Both the position numbers and the translations under genes were made by a program. Positions 21,244-31,584 of a stretch of 64,000 bases of DNA are shown one piece after another. The stretch is taken from positions 288,001 through 352,000 of the forward strand of contig JAUVXV010000002.1 of the NCBI GenBank assembly GCA_030603365.1, written 5' to 3'. How positions within the stretch are numbered: the stretch's first letter is position 1; each line of letters opens with the position of its first letter. The notes beneath the pieces were generated by a model. The model was not told the origin of the DNA and searched no databases. It saw only the letters and a list, made by a program, of their open reading frames with translations. The DNA comes from Candidatus Heimdallarchaeota archaeon. Lineage in GTDB: Archaea > Asgardarchaeota > Heimdallarchaeia > Heimdallarchaeales > Heimdallarchaeaceae.

Positions 21244-21903
21244 ATGGATTATCAAGATTTCAAAACTTATGAACCGAAACCAATTAAGCACGTTTATATT
21301 CCTAGAGACGACAATTCTTTTCGTGATCAGAATTTAATGTTTCTTCGTAATGTTCTAAACAAACAAGGTCCTATGACTGTCAAAGACATAATTTCTGAAT
21401 TCAAAGAAAATAAAGAAGTTGATGCAAAATCAGATAAAACCATTTACAGATATCTTGGTAAATTGAAGAACTTGGAGATGGTAACCCAAGTCGGTAAGCG
21501 AATCTATATAGATGATTTAAAAACAGAGACATTGTTTGGAGTTACTGCTAAATTTTTCTTGATTGGAACTCATAATACTCCGTTTCACGCAAATGCTACA
21601 GTCGAACTTCTTGAGAGAAGAAGAGTTCTTGCCGAGTTTATTGGTGAGATTCTTAAAAACCAGTTTGGTGGTAAGAAACCTGTCTTAGATTGTCTCGAGA
21701 AAATCATGGTCGATTTGACAGAAACTAGCACTCAGGTACTTATTGATAATTTTGAAAGTGCGTCCCTAGAGTCTATCGAGAAACTTATGGCTAGTACACC
21801 TCCTGGTGATGAAGGTACATATCTTATGGATTTTATCAATTGGCTTGGATTAGTTATTTCTCGAAAAGATCTTCATGATGAAATTGGTAAATGTTTTAAA
21901 TAA
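21244..21903 (+). CDS. Winged helix-turn-helix transcriptional regulator
   Basis: GPMTVKDI…KSDKTIYRYLGKL…VTQVGKR; divergent from the ABC operon. Confidence 0.75.
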   Translation: MDYQDFKTYEPKPIKHVYIPRDDNSFRDQNLMFLRNVLNKQGPMTVKDIISEFKENKEVDAKSDKTIYRYLGKLKNLEMVTQVGKRIYIDDLKTETLFGVTAKFFLIGTHNTPFHANATVELLERRRVLAEFIGEILKNQFGGKKPVLDCLEKIMVDLTETSTQVLIDNFESASLESIEKLMASTPPGDEGTYLMDFINWLGLVISRKDLHDEIGKCFK

Positions 21904-21956
21904 ACTGTAAGTTTGGTGAACCAAAGAAATATATTGTACCAAACACAATTTATTTT

Positions 21957-23795
21957 GTGAAAACGAAAACTATAGCTATAATCATATCAGCTGTAATTGT
22001 GACAGCATCAATCTGCACTGTTCTTATCATCTATATTCCTAGGCAATTTATTCCAACAACAGGTATAGACTGGCAATTTCCTCAGAATAGTACATTGTAT
22101 GCGGACTATGTAGAAGTCCCATATGCGGTTAACATGATTGATAATGTACGATTAGCTACTGATGTTTATCTTCCTTCTGAGCTTAACGAAGCTCTACCGG
22201 TCATTTTTGTAAGAACACCTTACAATAAAGATTCAATGGGGCTTTTAGCATCCTACACTCAAACTGGATATGCTGTTGTGATACAAGATTTCAGAGGTTT
22301 TTACGAATCTGAAGGAGAAAAATCGCTTCCCTTCATAACAGAACAAATAGATGGACAGATGTCACTAATCTGGATAGCAGAGCAACCTTGGTGCAACGGC
22401 AAAATTGGTACATGGGGACCTTCAGCTTTAGGGATTGCTCAACATTTGATGGCACCGAATGCACCTGACTCCTTAAAATGTCAACTACCAATAGTAGCAA
22501 CTCCGAATGTCTATAATGCAGGTTTTCGTGGAGGGGAGTTAAGAAGAGAATTATTCATTCCATGGATGGAAGGAAATGATTTTCCACAAGATAGTTTTGA
22601 TATGTTACAGGAAAATGAAAAATACAATCCTATTTGGTATGCGTTGAATATCGAAAACAATTATTCTGACATTCATGCAGCATCTCTACATATGGGTGGA
22701 TGGTATGATATTTTCACTCAAAATTCTATAGATGCATATTATGGTTATCAAAACTATGGAGGAGAAGGAGCACTAGGAAATGCCAAGTTGATTATGGGTC
22801 CTTGGGTTCATGGAGGAATGTTTGGAGCTCCAACAGGTGAAATAAGTTTTCCATACGCTCAGGATCTTAGCATAACCTTCTCAGCCAATGATGCTTTGTT
22901 TGAGAAGTGGTTAAGAAATGATTCAACTAAATGGGATTCTTTACCAAACATTACTTATTATCTTATGAGCTCAGTGGAGTATAATCCAACTCAATTAGGG
23001 AATGAGTGGTACCAAGCTGATGATTGGCCAATAAGTTCTACACCTTTAGAGATGTATTTACATTCCAATTATAGTTTGACTGAGAATCCAAGTCTTGAAA
23101 TTGAAGATTCAATCAGTTACATTTATGATCCCAATAACCCAGTGGGAACGCTTGGAGGAGGAAATTTAGCTCTTCCTGCAGGCATTTATGATCAGTCAAC
23201 ACTTGAGTTAAGGGATGATGTTTTAAGTTTTACAACACCTTCTCTGACTGAACCTCTGACTGTATTGGGACAAATGGAAATGACCTTCTTTGTAAGTTCA
23301 AATTGTACAGACACAGATTTCACTGTCAAAGTAACTGATGTTTATCCCGATAATAGATCCATGATAGTTACTGATACAATTATCAGAGCTCGAAACAGAA
23401 ATAGTATCACAAACTGGGAGTTTCTAACTCCAGGAGAGGTTTATGAAATTACTTTGTTGCTAGATAGTACTGCTTATCTGTTTGGTGAAAACCATAGATT
23501 TAGAGTAGACATATCAAGTTCCAATTATGAAAGATTTGAAACAAACCCAAATACTGGTGAAGCCTTATGGAGCAATACTACCACATATTTTGCAAACAAC
23601 ACTATTTTTCTAGATTCAACTTATTCATCAAAAATAACTTTACCAACTGTTAACTATCTATCATTAACTCCATTTGATTTTGATGACCTAGAGCCTTCGT
23701 TTATTCCATTTTCTCTGAGTAAAAAAGAACCTCCTCGTATAATGTTCTCAAGCGTTTGGTCACCTTTAATTCACGTTATAACAAGAAGAAGATGA
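21957..23795 (+). CDS. CocE/NonD family hydrolase (peptidase S15), N-terminally anchored
   Basis: RLATDVYLP, RTPY, QDFRG, GPSALG nucleophile, GGWYD, GPWVHG, RVDISSSNY.RF. Confidence 0.92.
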   Translation: MKTKTIAIIISAVIVTASICTVLIIYIPRQFIPTTGIDWQFPQNSTLYADYVEVPYAVNMIDNVRLATDVYLPSELNEALPVIFVRTPYNKDSMGLLASYTQTGYAVVIQDFRGFYESEGEKSLPFITEQIDGQMSLIWIAEQPWCNGKIGTWGPSALGIAQHLMAPNAPDSLKCQLPIVATPNVYNAGFRGGELRRELFIPWMEGNDFPQDSFDMLQENEKYNPIWYALNIENNYSDIHAASLHMGGWYDIFTQNSIDAYYGYQNYGGEGALGNAKLIMGPWVHGGMFGAPTGEISFPYAQDLSITFSANDALFEKWLRNDSTKWDSLPNITYYLMSSVEYNPTQLGNEWYQADDWPISSTPLEMYLHSNYSLTENPSLEIEDSISYIYDPNNPVGTLGGGNLALPAGIYDQSTLELRDDVLSFTTPSLTEPLTVLGQMEMTFFVSSNCTDTDFTVKVTDVYPDNRSMIVTDTIIRARNRNSITNWEFLTPGEVYEITLLLDSTAYLFGENHRFRVDISSSNYERFETNPNTGEALWSNTTTYFANNTIFLDSTYSSKITLPTVNYLSLTPFDFDDLEPSFIPFSLSKKEPPRIMFSSVWSPLIHVITRRR

Positions 23796-23814
23796 AGTTT
23801 TTCTAAACTTCTCT

Positions 23815-24957
23815 TCAGTTTCTTTTTCCCATTAGATTTAGTTTGAACTTTCTCACGGTTTCTGGTTTTATTATGTCTCCTTTTCTATTTTGGAAATAGA
23901 GAGCATCAAATGGACATTGGACTATGCAGGCTCCACATTGAACACAAAATTCTCTTCTTGGCATAGTTATTTTCTTCTTCAATTCATCCATCTCATAGCA
24001 ATTCCTTGGACACACATCAATACATATCCCCATTCCTTTGCATTTTTCCAAATCAATTTTTACATCATACAATTTGTCTGCATGAGAATCACTTTTGTAA
24101 GTAGGAGTCGATCCCTTAATCTCTAAATTCATCAAGAAGACCATTAGAAAGGAGACTATACACCATCTGAGTAAGATCCATGAAGTGTCTCTTTTATAGA
24201 CTAGTACATAGAGAATAATACCTATTGAAGAATAAGCCAGATTGATTAATAGTACTAGTAAATTGCCCAAACTCAGGAAAGTTTTTTTCTTCTCTTTTTC
24301 TCTTCTGTAAAGCCTTTCATAAATCGGAAATGAAACAAATGCTAACAGTGATGTTAAAGTAATTTGTGCTAACAGGAACAATGCTTCTATTTTAAACAAT
24401 GGTCCCCAAATTGGCATTAAAACAATTGCAATAAGAAAAGTCCACATTATAGCCATTTCTACTCTTTGTATAAATCTAAACTCAACTTGTTTCATTTCTG
24501 TTGTTTTCTCATAGTTTTGTTCTAAAAAATCGGGGATACTTTTTGCGTCTACTGGTCCCCAAAGAACTTTCCAACCTGTTTTCTTTTGGATTACCTTAGC
24601 TTCAACACCTGGTGCTGCTAGTTGAGGAAGAATGATTGTTCTATGATTTACTTTATCTTCAATCCCACTAGTCTTTATCACTGAAATAACTGAATGATTG
24701 TTTAGATGCCCACCAGTTGCAGCACACCAGACATTAATCCCTTTACTATTAGCTACTAAGAGATGGTAGTTTAACCCTTTAGTCGCCTTCTTTAAACGTA
24801 AAATAGTTAGATGGAAATTACATGTTAGCATCACAGGTGAATCTACATTCGGGTTACCAACATTCTGATACCCGGTTTTAGCAGGAAAAGGGAAGAGTCT
24901 GAGTAGAGTTTCTAAAACTGTTATAAATCCGTAATAAACATAATAAGAGATATTCAT
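23815..24957 (-). CDS. HgcAB-like fusion protein (CdhD/AcsC-type corrinoid domain, TM helices, ferredoxin)
   Basis: GINVWCAATGG cap helix, IILPQLAAPG, WGPV; 4-5 TM; CKGMGICIDVCP and CVQCGACIVQCP. Confidence 0.9.
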   Translation of the reverse strand: MNISYYVYYGFITVLETLLRLFPFPAKTGYQNVGNPNVDSPVMLTCNFHLTILRLKKATKGLNYHLLVANSKGINVWCAATGGHLNNHSVISVIKTSGIEDKVNHRTIILPQLAAPGVEAKVIQKKTGWKVLWGPVDAKSIPDFLEQNYEKTTEMKQVEFRFIQRVEMAIMWTFLIAIVLMPIWGPLFKIEALFLLAQITLTSLLAFVSFPIYERLYRREKEKKKTFLSLGNLLVLLINLAYSSIGIILYVLVYKRDTSWILLRWCIVSFLMVFLMNLEIKGSTPTYKSDSHADKLYDVKIDLEKCKGMGICIDVCPRNCYEMDELKKKITMPRREFCVQCGACIVQCPFDALYFQNRKGDIIKPETVRKFKLNLMGKRN

Positions 24958-25625
24958 TCCTTTACCTCCTTTACTATGTGCAATTCTATAAAATTGTCAA
25001 GAAAATTGAATCTACGAGATTCTATCATTAAACCAGCTTTGTTGATTCTTTCTTCTATGTTTGTCAATGCCTTTGTTGTTGTTTGTGTTAAAATGTAAGT
25101 AATAATTATCAGTGGAATTCTAATGAATATGTTGAGAAATCGCTTGAAAATAGATTTGCTTTTCACTTCATCTATTAGAAGAAAAACCCCTTCTTTTTTT
25201 AGAATTCTTTTAATATTTTTCAATGTGAATTTAATTTCATCATCACTTAGTTCAGAGAAACAAAGCCCACTCATCACAACATCATAGGAATGAGCTTCAA
25301 AATTATTAAGCTCAGCAACTCCCATCTCAATAAAAGTAGGTTGAATCTTCAATTCCATGTTATGCGCTCTTTTCTCGGCAATATCTAACATTTCAGAATT
25401 TATATCAATACCTGTCACATCAGCTCCTTTTAGAACGGCTCTGTAAGACAGCATACCTGTTCCACAACCGATATCTAGAACTGTATCTTCTTTTTTTATT
25501 GTCTCAACTATTCTATCGTATGCTTTGTTTATCTTACCTAGTGTAAGAATCTTTATTCCTCTATCATATCTATGAGGAGCAGATTCTAGTACTTTCATTA
25601 AAACATAACTCATGCTAGGAATCAA
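24954..25625 (-). CDS. cpaM: Corrinoid protein-associated class I SAM methyltransferase
   Basis: MSYVLMKVLESAPHRYDRGI N-terminus, VLDIGCGTG, FSELS; ATGA overlap with the hgcAB-like gene. Confidence 0.8.
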   Translation of the reverse strand: MIPSMSYVLMKVLESAPHRYDRGIKILTLGKINKAYDRIVETIKKEDTVLDIGCGTGMLSYRAVLKGADVTGIDINSEMLDIAEKRAHNMELKIQPTFIEMGVAELNNFEAHSYDVVMSGLCFSELSDDEIKFTLKNIKRILKKEGVFLLIDEVKSKSIFKRFLNIFIRIPLIIITYILTQTTTKALTNIEERINKAGLMIESRRFNFLDNFIELHIVKEVKE

Positions 25626-25743
25626 AATAATATGTGTAAGTGGAATAAAAAATCTTTCTAGTTAATTTATTCTTCAATTTTACTAAAAAACATCTACGTG
25701 TTCTGCAAAAAGTATTTATTCAACTGAATACTATTTTCTTTCT

Positions 25744-27201
25744 ATGGTTTCAGTTATTTCTAGAGTTATAAATCTCTATTCTAGATGGATTGGGAGGATC
25801 TTTCTATTCATCTTTCCTGCAGGTGTAATTGCTGGTTTGATTTATTTTGAGATAGAAGCAGCAAATGCTTACAGCTGGTTAGTTGACTTAGCTTGGTATC
25901 TGTTTCTTGGCAATAGTCTCATCTTAGCTTTTAATGGAGTGCTTGTTTCACTTTCATTTGATGGCGAAGTCAGAAGTTTAATCAAGGAGGGGACTCCAAT
26001 CAATTCAGCAGCAGGGTTTAGAAATCTGGAGAAAAAATACAAGCAGAGTAACCTTTATCTCTTGATTATTCTCTTCCTTGCTGTTTTAGCTTATGGTTTT
26101 TATGCTGCCGCAATCCACGCATCAGCTGGCCTCGAAGCATTATTTGCTTTATCAGAAGGGAACGGAAAAACGTTAGCTATCTACATATCTATAAGTTGTA
26201 TAATTTTTGCAATAGCAGCATCAATCATTATCAGAGTTCCTACTCTAACTGGTTTAGATGTGGGAGGTTTAGTTAAATACTATCGAGCTTCAAGGCACCC
26301 TCTTATTTTGGATATGATGATCTATGATGGAATTTACACTCTTCTAGATCCTATTACTCGTGTAAGGTTTTCACAATGGAGTGAGCACATTTCAAAAGAG
26401 ATTGTCCCAGAATTTGCGACTAATCTTAAACCAGAGAAAAACAGAAAACCTCTAGCTATACAAAATGTACTCGTTCTTTTATACTTATATTATCGATTCC
26501 CTAAAATTTTCAATAAAGAATTTCTCAAGAAAGAATTGCTTCGTATTATTCCTGCATCACACACTGAAGATATTCTAAAAGGCAAGGAGTTGAATATGAA
26601 AGTTTGGCATGACATTTTTACTCATTTGTCAGACCAAACTCCTGAGTTATTCCTAATTATCGATCGAATTATCTTAACATTAACAGAAACACCCGAGTTA
26701 GTAGAAGCAAAGGATTTCTGGGTTATTTCTGCTGTTCCTCCAACTCAAAAGAAAGAAGAAGCACAAGATATTGTTTTCTTTATTCTAAACAGAAAAGATG
26801 GAAGTAGTGATCAGAAGGTTATTATGAATTATAAGGGAGCAGATGATCTTTCTCCACATGATATTGATCTAACTTTCACAATTAATGCTTTTGATCAATT
26901 TGTTGCAATACCTGAGGACACCTCTGAATTTCTATCTGAAGACAAACGTCAATTAGTTAGATTAGTGACAGCTATACTATTTACTGGAACTGGTATATGG
27001 ATTTCTGCTCATTCAGAGAACATAGGATCGAACTTAGTTGCTTTAGATTTGAACGTTGATGATGAACCTATAGCTACACAAATTTTCAATCTTAGAGTTG
27101 TGAGAGATGCTAGATACTATCTACAAGCTTGGGGACCAAAAATCTTAGCATCCTTAGGGCTTCTAATACCAATAGTACGAGCTTTATTTGGAATACTCTG
27201 A
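25744..27201 (+). CDS. Hypothetical membrane protein (4 N-terminal TM, large soluble region, C-terminal hydrophobic tail)
   Basis: Long ORF; hydropathy pattern only. Confidence 0.75.
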   Translation: MVSVISRVINLYSRWIGRIFLFIFPAGVIAGLIYFEIEAANAYSWLVDLAWYLFLGNSLILAFNGVLVSLSFDGEVRSLIKEGTPINSAAGFRNLEKKYKQSNLYLLIILFLAVLAYGFYAAAIHASAGLEALFALSEGNGKTLAIYISISCIIFAIAASIIIRVPTLTGLDVGGLVKYYRASRHPLILDMMIYDGIYTLLDPITRVRFSQWSEHISKEIVPEFATNLKPEKNRKPLAIQNVLVLLYLYYRFPKIFNKEFLKKELLRIIPASHTEDILKGKELNMKVWHDIFTHLSDQTPELFLIIDRIILTLTETPELVEAKDFWVISAVPPTQKKEEAQDIVFFILNRKDGSSDQKVIMNYKGADDLSPHDIDLTFTINAFDQFVAIPEDTSEFLSEDKRQLVRLVTAILFTGTGIWISAHSENIGSNLVALDLNVDDEPIATQIFNLRVVRDARYYLQAWGPKILASLGLLIPIVRALFGIL

Positions 27202-27263
27202 ATTTAGCTCTTTTTTGTTTTCTTTTTTAAAAATATACAAAAGATATTTATTACCTAGTTATA

Positions 27264-28340
27264 GTGAAGGATGTGAACACATTGGCAGATAAAGACCCTC
27301 GTATAAAAGAATCTTATCTTCAAAAGAAATTGAGTAATGGTTCTGCTAAATGTCTGATTTGTCGTCGAATGTGTACCATCAAGGAAGGAGAGATTGGTTT
27401 CTGTAAAACAAGAAAGAATATTGAAGGAAAAATTTACACACTTCAATATGGAGATGTTTCAAGTTACAGTTTAAATCCTATTGAAAAGAAACCTGCTTAT
27501 CATTATTTCCCTGGATCAACTGCTTTAACATTAGGTTCTTGGGGATGTAATTTTACTTGCGATTGGTGTCTCAACTGGGATATCACCAAACGCCCTCCAC
27601 CTGAGAAATATGCTGATGCTAGTCTTATGACTGCTGAGAAAGTAGTTGAAAATGCGAACTTTAATCCTTCTATAAATGGTGTTTGTTTTTCTTTCAATGA
27701 ACCAACACTTTCCTTTGAATTTGCTGTAGATGTTTTTCAACAATTATCTAACGATTTCTATAAAATGTTTGTATCTAATGGCTATATGACTGGAGAAGCA
27801 TTGGATATCCTCATTTCGAATGGTATGAATGGTTTAACTGTTAGTTTCAAAGGAACAGAAAATGTTGTTGATTGCCTTCTAGATATCAAAGCTAAATATA
27901 TTTGGGAAAATCTTCAGATAGCCTATCAGAGGGGAGTTCACATTGAACTAGTTTATCTTCTTATACCAACCATAAATGATGATGAAGAATTCATTAGAGA
28001 TTTTTCTCAAAGAGTAATCAAAAATCTTTCTCCAAACACACCAGTACATTTTACGAGATATTTTCCCTCTCACCTTACAAAAATAGAGAAAACATCTATT
28101 TCTTTACTTCAAAAAGCTCATACAATTGCAAAAAATGAGGGGTTAAATTACGCTTATTTAGGTAATGTCCCAGGTCATCCTTTTCAAAGCACATATTGCC
28201 CAGAATGCTCAGAGTTGTTGATAAAAAGGGATGTCTTTTCAGTTACTTTCAGCAAACTTACTGAAGAAAATAGATGTCCAAAGTGTAATAAAACCATCCC
28301 TATTTTTCCTTACAGACCGGTTTATATATCTAATGCCTAA
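27264..28340 (+). CDS. amrS: AmmeMemoRadiSam-system radical SAM enzyme
   Basis: CLICRRMC…GFC, PIEKKP.YHY.PG, CNFTCDWC, FNEPT, HFTRYFP, C-terminal CPEC/CPKC. Confidence 0.9.
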   Translation: MKDVNTLADKDPRIKESYLQKKLSNGSAKCLICRRMCTIKEGEIGFCKTRKNIEGKIYTLQYGDVSSYSLNPIEKKPAYHYFPGSTALTLGSWGCNFTCDWCLNWDITKRPPPEKYADASLMTAEKVVENANFNPSINGVCFSFNEPTLSFEFAVDVFQQLSNDFYKMFVSNGYMTGEALDILISNGMNGLTVSFKGTENVVDCLLDIKAKYIWENLQIAYQRGVHIELVYLLIPTINDDEEFIRDFSQRVIKNLSPNTPVHFTRYFPSHLTKIEKTSISLLQKAHTIAKNEGLNYAYLGNVPGHPFQSTYCPECSELLIKRDVFSVTFSKLTEENRCPKCNKTIPIFPYRPVYISNA

Positions 28341-28485
28341 AGAAGGTAAAAACACTTAAAACTGGTATATATCTTGAAGAAGAGACAAAAATCACTAGTT
28401 ATAAAAGAGTATTTTTCATGATTAAAACTCAACTCAAAAATACATTATAAAGTTATTTATAATACTGTGACCATTATAAAAATGT

Positions 28486-29013
28486 ATGACTAGTATATTG
28501 TCTAATTTTGAGTTCCAATTTATGTGCTTTTTTCTTAAGCTTCGAGATAAAATCATTCCTCCTCAAAAAATTTTAAATGAAATTGGAATCAAACCTAATT
28601 TCATTCTACTCGATTATGGATGTGGTCCAGGTAGTTTTAGTCTTGCGGCAGCTGAACTAGTGGGAAAAACTGGTAAAGTTTTTGCACTGGATATTCATCC
28701 TCTTGCATTAAAGAAAGTTAAGAAAAAATCCTCTCAACAAGGACATTCTAACATTGAGATAATACATTCAGATTGTGAGACTGGTTTAGGAGACAACTCT
28801 ATAGATGTTGCTTTATTATTTGATATTATTCATATGTTGAGTGAACCAGAGAAAATATTACAAGAAATACATAGAATTTTGAAACCTAAAGGAAGAATAT
28901 CATTGACAATTCACCGACCTGACAAAAAAAAGGCACTTAGGATAGTAGAGCATACAGACTTATTCCAGTTCTCGTTTAAAGGAAAACATACTTACAATTT
29001 CTATAAAATTTAA
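28486..29013 (+). CDS. Class I SAM-dependent methyltransferase
   Basis: LLDYGCGPG, VFALDIH, HRILKPKG. Confidence 0.9.
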   Translation: MTSILSNFEFQFMCFFLKLRDKIIPPQKILNEIGIKPNFILLDYGCGPGSFSLAAAELVGKTGKVFALDIHPLALKKVKKKSSQQGHSNIEIIHSDCETGLGDNSIDVALLFDIIHMLSEPEKILQEIHRILKPKGRISLTIHRPDKKKALRIVEHTDLFQFSFKGKHTYNFYKI

Positions 29014-29109
29014 AAAAGTTTAAGCACATTTTATTTTTCAAAACTCCATATTAAATTGCTTTTTCGACAAATAAATCACTATGTCTAACAGAGTTTTTAC
29101 CTAACAAAT

Positions 29110-29326
29110 CTGTCTATATTTCGAAATGATGAAAAATGTTTAAAAATACTGATGTTTTCTATTAAACTTGATGAAGAGAACAAAATTTCTAATTCTGACT
29201 AATTTTCTTTGTGTTTTAATACTGCTAAATTCAGCAAGTAATATAACTGGTGTAGTTTTTGTCGAAACTAGTTTAGAATTCTCTGGGAATACTATTGCCT
29301 TCGATATCTATCATGGAGGGTATCAT
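29110..29326 (+). repeat. 217-bp near-identical direct repeat, copy 1 (promoter plus 5' end of GIFT-like gene 1)
   Basis: Matches 32814-33030 with 3 mismatches counted by eye. Confidence 0.92.
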
Positions 29327-30280
29327 ACTCCATTCATTAACAATCTAGTAGCAAATCTCACTGCAACTGGAAACATTGTGTTATTAATCGACCAAACATG
29401 GGAATTACCAGATACAGTTGATGCACTATTTCTGATATCAGCAGATACGGGTCAAAACTGGACAACAACAGAAATAACTGACATCGTTAACTGGATGAAT
29501 TTAGGGAATAAACTTCTCTGGGTTTCTGGAGATTCTGATTACGGAGGTTATTTCAACCAGGTTCCGATTAACAATGTGTTAGAAGATTTAGGTGCTATTT
29601 TAAGAATTGACGCAACTCACATATGGGATTCAGTTTATAATGATGGTGCATCTTACAGAGTTATCGCTACAGAATTTGGTGTGGGTGATCCACTTTATGA
29701 TGGAGATATTGTAGGGAATTTAACCAAAGATATGAATTCAGGAGTACAATTTCATGGACCTTGTGCAATTATTGCATATGATGGTTATGAATATAAGGAT
29801 CTTAGATATGGACATAGTATTTTTCCAGACAGGGTCTGGACACTAATGAGGTATAGTATCAATGCTACATCGGTAGATGAAGATTTAAGTGACAATGAAC
29901 TTGATTTGTATGCTAAAAGTAACGAAACAGGATTATACCCAGCTATTGCTTATGAGCATTTAGGAGATGTAAATAGTCATATCATCGCATCTGGAGAAGC
30001 AATCTACTCAGATTACAAGTACATGTATGACCAACAAACTGAAAATGGGGTCTACAATGACGGAGTTCATTCTGGTCAAGTCTTAGTTAATAATATTCTA
30101 AATTACTTCCTTGAAACAAAAGATATCATTACGACTCCTACACCAACTCCAACTCCAACACCAACTCCAACACCCTCAGAACCAAAAACAACTATAGTTG
30201 GTATAGGTATACCAGCAGTACTTCTAGCTTTATTTAGTATAGGAATTTCAATTGTATTTTACAGAAATAAGAGGAGATAA
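29171..30280 (+). CDS. Secreted GIFT/DUF4350-like (GATase-like fold) surface protein 1 with PT linker and C-terminal TM/basic tail
   Basis: Signal peptide, IAFDIYHGG, LWVSGDSDY, HGPC, ASGEAIYSDY, (PT)n, GIG-TM-RNKRR. Confidence 0.8.
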   Translation: MKRTKFLILTNFLCVLILLNSASNITGVVFVETSLEFSGNTIAFDIYHGGYHTPFINNLVANLTATGNIVLLIDQTWELPDTVDALFLISADTGQNWTTTEITDIVNWMNLGNKLLWVSGDSDYGGYFNQVPINNVLEDLGAILRIDATHIWDSVYNDGASYRVIATEFGVGDPLYDGDIVGNLTKDMNSGVQFHGPCAIIAYDGYEYKDLRYGHSIFPDRVWTLMRYSINATSVDEDLSDNELDLYAKSNETGLYPAIAYEHLGDVNSHIIASGEAIYSDYKYMYDQQTENGVYNDGVHSGQVLVNNILNYFLETKDIITTPTPTPTPTPTPTPSEPKTTIVGIGIPAVLLALFSIGISIVFYRNKRR

Positions 30281-30360
30281 GAGATTGTCTCCACCCTAGA
30301 TTTTTCCAATCCTAGATCTCACGGTACTATTATTGCTAGATACCTGTTCTTCTTTTTGCA

Positions 30361-30375
30361 GAAAAGCTTAAATTC
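30361..30375 (+). promoter_or_regulatory. Candidate archaeal BRE-TATA promoter (gaaaagcTTAAAT) of a probably leaderless gene
   Basis: About 25-30 nt upstream of ATG 30397; a similar gaaaaaacTTAAAT lies before ATG 31585. Confidence 0.55.
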
Positions 30376-30396
30376 AGTCAATCTAAGAGCTCTCTT

Positions 30397-31473
30397 ATGA
30401 AAAGAAAAGTGACTTTCTTCATGACTAACCTAGTAATAGTTTGTCTTTTATTGAATTCAACAAATTACCAAACAGCTTTAGCATACGAAACAGAGCTTGA
30501 TTTCTCCGGGAATATTATTGCCTTCGATTTATTCCATGGAGGTTACCATGCTACAGATATTGAAAATCTAGCTGCTAACTTAACTGCGGCTGGAAATTTT
30601 GTAGTCTATATCAATCAAACATGGGAAGGATTAACTGATGACGTAAATGTACTTATACTCACTCAATCTGATGATTTATTTACAACAGATCAAAAACAAG
30701 ACATTAAAGATTGGTTTGAACTTGGTAACAAATTGATTTTCGGTTCAGGAGACAGTGATTACGGTGGATATTATAATAGTGACCCAATAAACAATGTTAT
30801 GCACTTTCTGGATGCTCAAATAATGATAGATGCTACTTCGATTGAAGATCCAGTTTACAATGATGGTGCAGCATATCGTGTAGCCGCAAATGTATATGGA
30901 AATAGTACCACTGCAGTTGCTGTCAGCGAAGGATGTGAAGCAGGGATAATGATGCATGGTCCTTGTGGAATTTTAGGTTATAATGGTACTCATTACGTTA
31001 GTTTAAAAAGCGAAATTTTGCCTAATGTTGATGTTCTATTAAGCTATAGCGAGGAAGCTACTGCATATGATGCTGATTCTTCTAATGGAGAAAAAGATCT
31101 TTACAAAAATGTAGTGGGTTATATTCCTGCTGTAGTTTATGAGAAAGTTGATCTTGGTGATGGTAATTACAGCCATATTATTCTAGCAGGCGAATCTATC
31201 TATTCAGACTACAAACATATGTATGACCAAAGAACAGAATTTGGAGTATACAATAGTGATATACAGTATGGCCAATTGTTTGTTAACAATATTTTCAATT
31301 ACTTCCTTGAAACAATCGAAATACCTACGCCAACACCAACACCAACACCTACGCCAACACCAACACCTTCAAAATCTGAAACAACTTTAACTAGTTTTGG
31401 AATATCTGCTGTTCTTGTATCATTACTGAGTATTGCAGTATCTACAATCTTCATTTTAAGAAAGAAGAAATGA
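30397..31473 (+). CDS. GIFT/DUF4350-like surface protein 2
   Basis: Paralogue: IAFDLFHGG, GDSDY, HGPC, (PT)n, SFG-TM-RKKK. Confidence 0.8.
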   Translation: MKRKVTFFMTNLVIVCLLLNSTNYQTALAYETELDFSGNIIAFDLFHGGYHATDIENLAANLTAAGNFVVYINQTWEGLTDDVNVLILTQSDDLFTTDQKQDIKDWFELGNKLIFGSGDSDYGGYYNSDPINNVMHFLDAQIMIDATSIEDPVYNDGAAYRVAANVYGNSTTAVAVSEGCEAGIMMHGPCGILGYNGTHYVSLKSEILPNVDVLLSYSEEATAYDADSSNGEKDLYKNVVGYIPAVVYEKVDLGDGNYSHIILAGESIYSDYKHMYDQRTEFGVYNSDIQYGQLFVNNIFNYFLETIEIPTPTPTPTPTPTPTPSKSETTLTSFGISAVLVSLLSIAVSTIFILRKKK

Positions 31474-31475
31474 GA

Positions 31476-31504
31476 TTTTTTTCTCTTTTTTCATTTTATT
31501 TTTT
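31476..31504 (+). terminator. Archaeal oligo-T terminator
   Basis: tttttttctcttttttcattttatttttt immediately after the stop codon. Confidence 0.6.
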
Positions 31505-31584
31505 AAAGAATTAAATTATGCATATGTTTAATTCGATGTTTTATGTGGAAAAAACTTAAATTAAGCAAAAATGTTCAAAGCTTT

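Noticed and set aside
23815-24957. Calling this hgcA/hgcB (mercury methylation)
   Set aside because: Fused architecture, NVWCAATGG instead of NVWCAAGK, and no HgcB C-terminal Cys residues match the non-methylating fused clade
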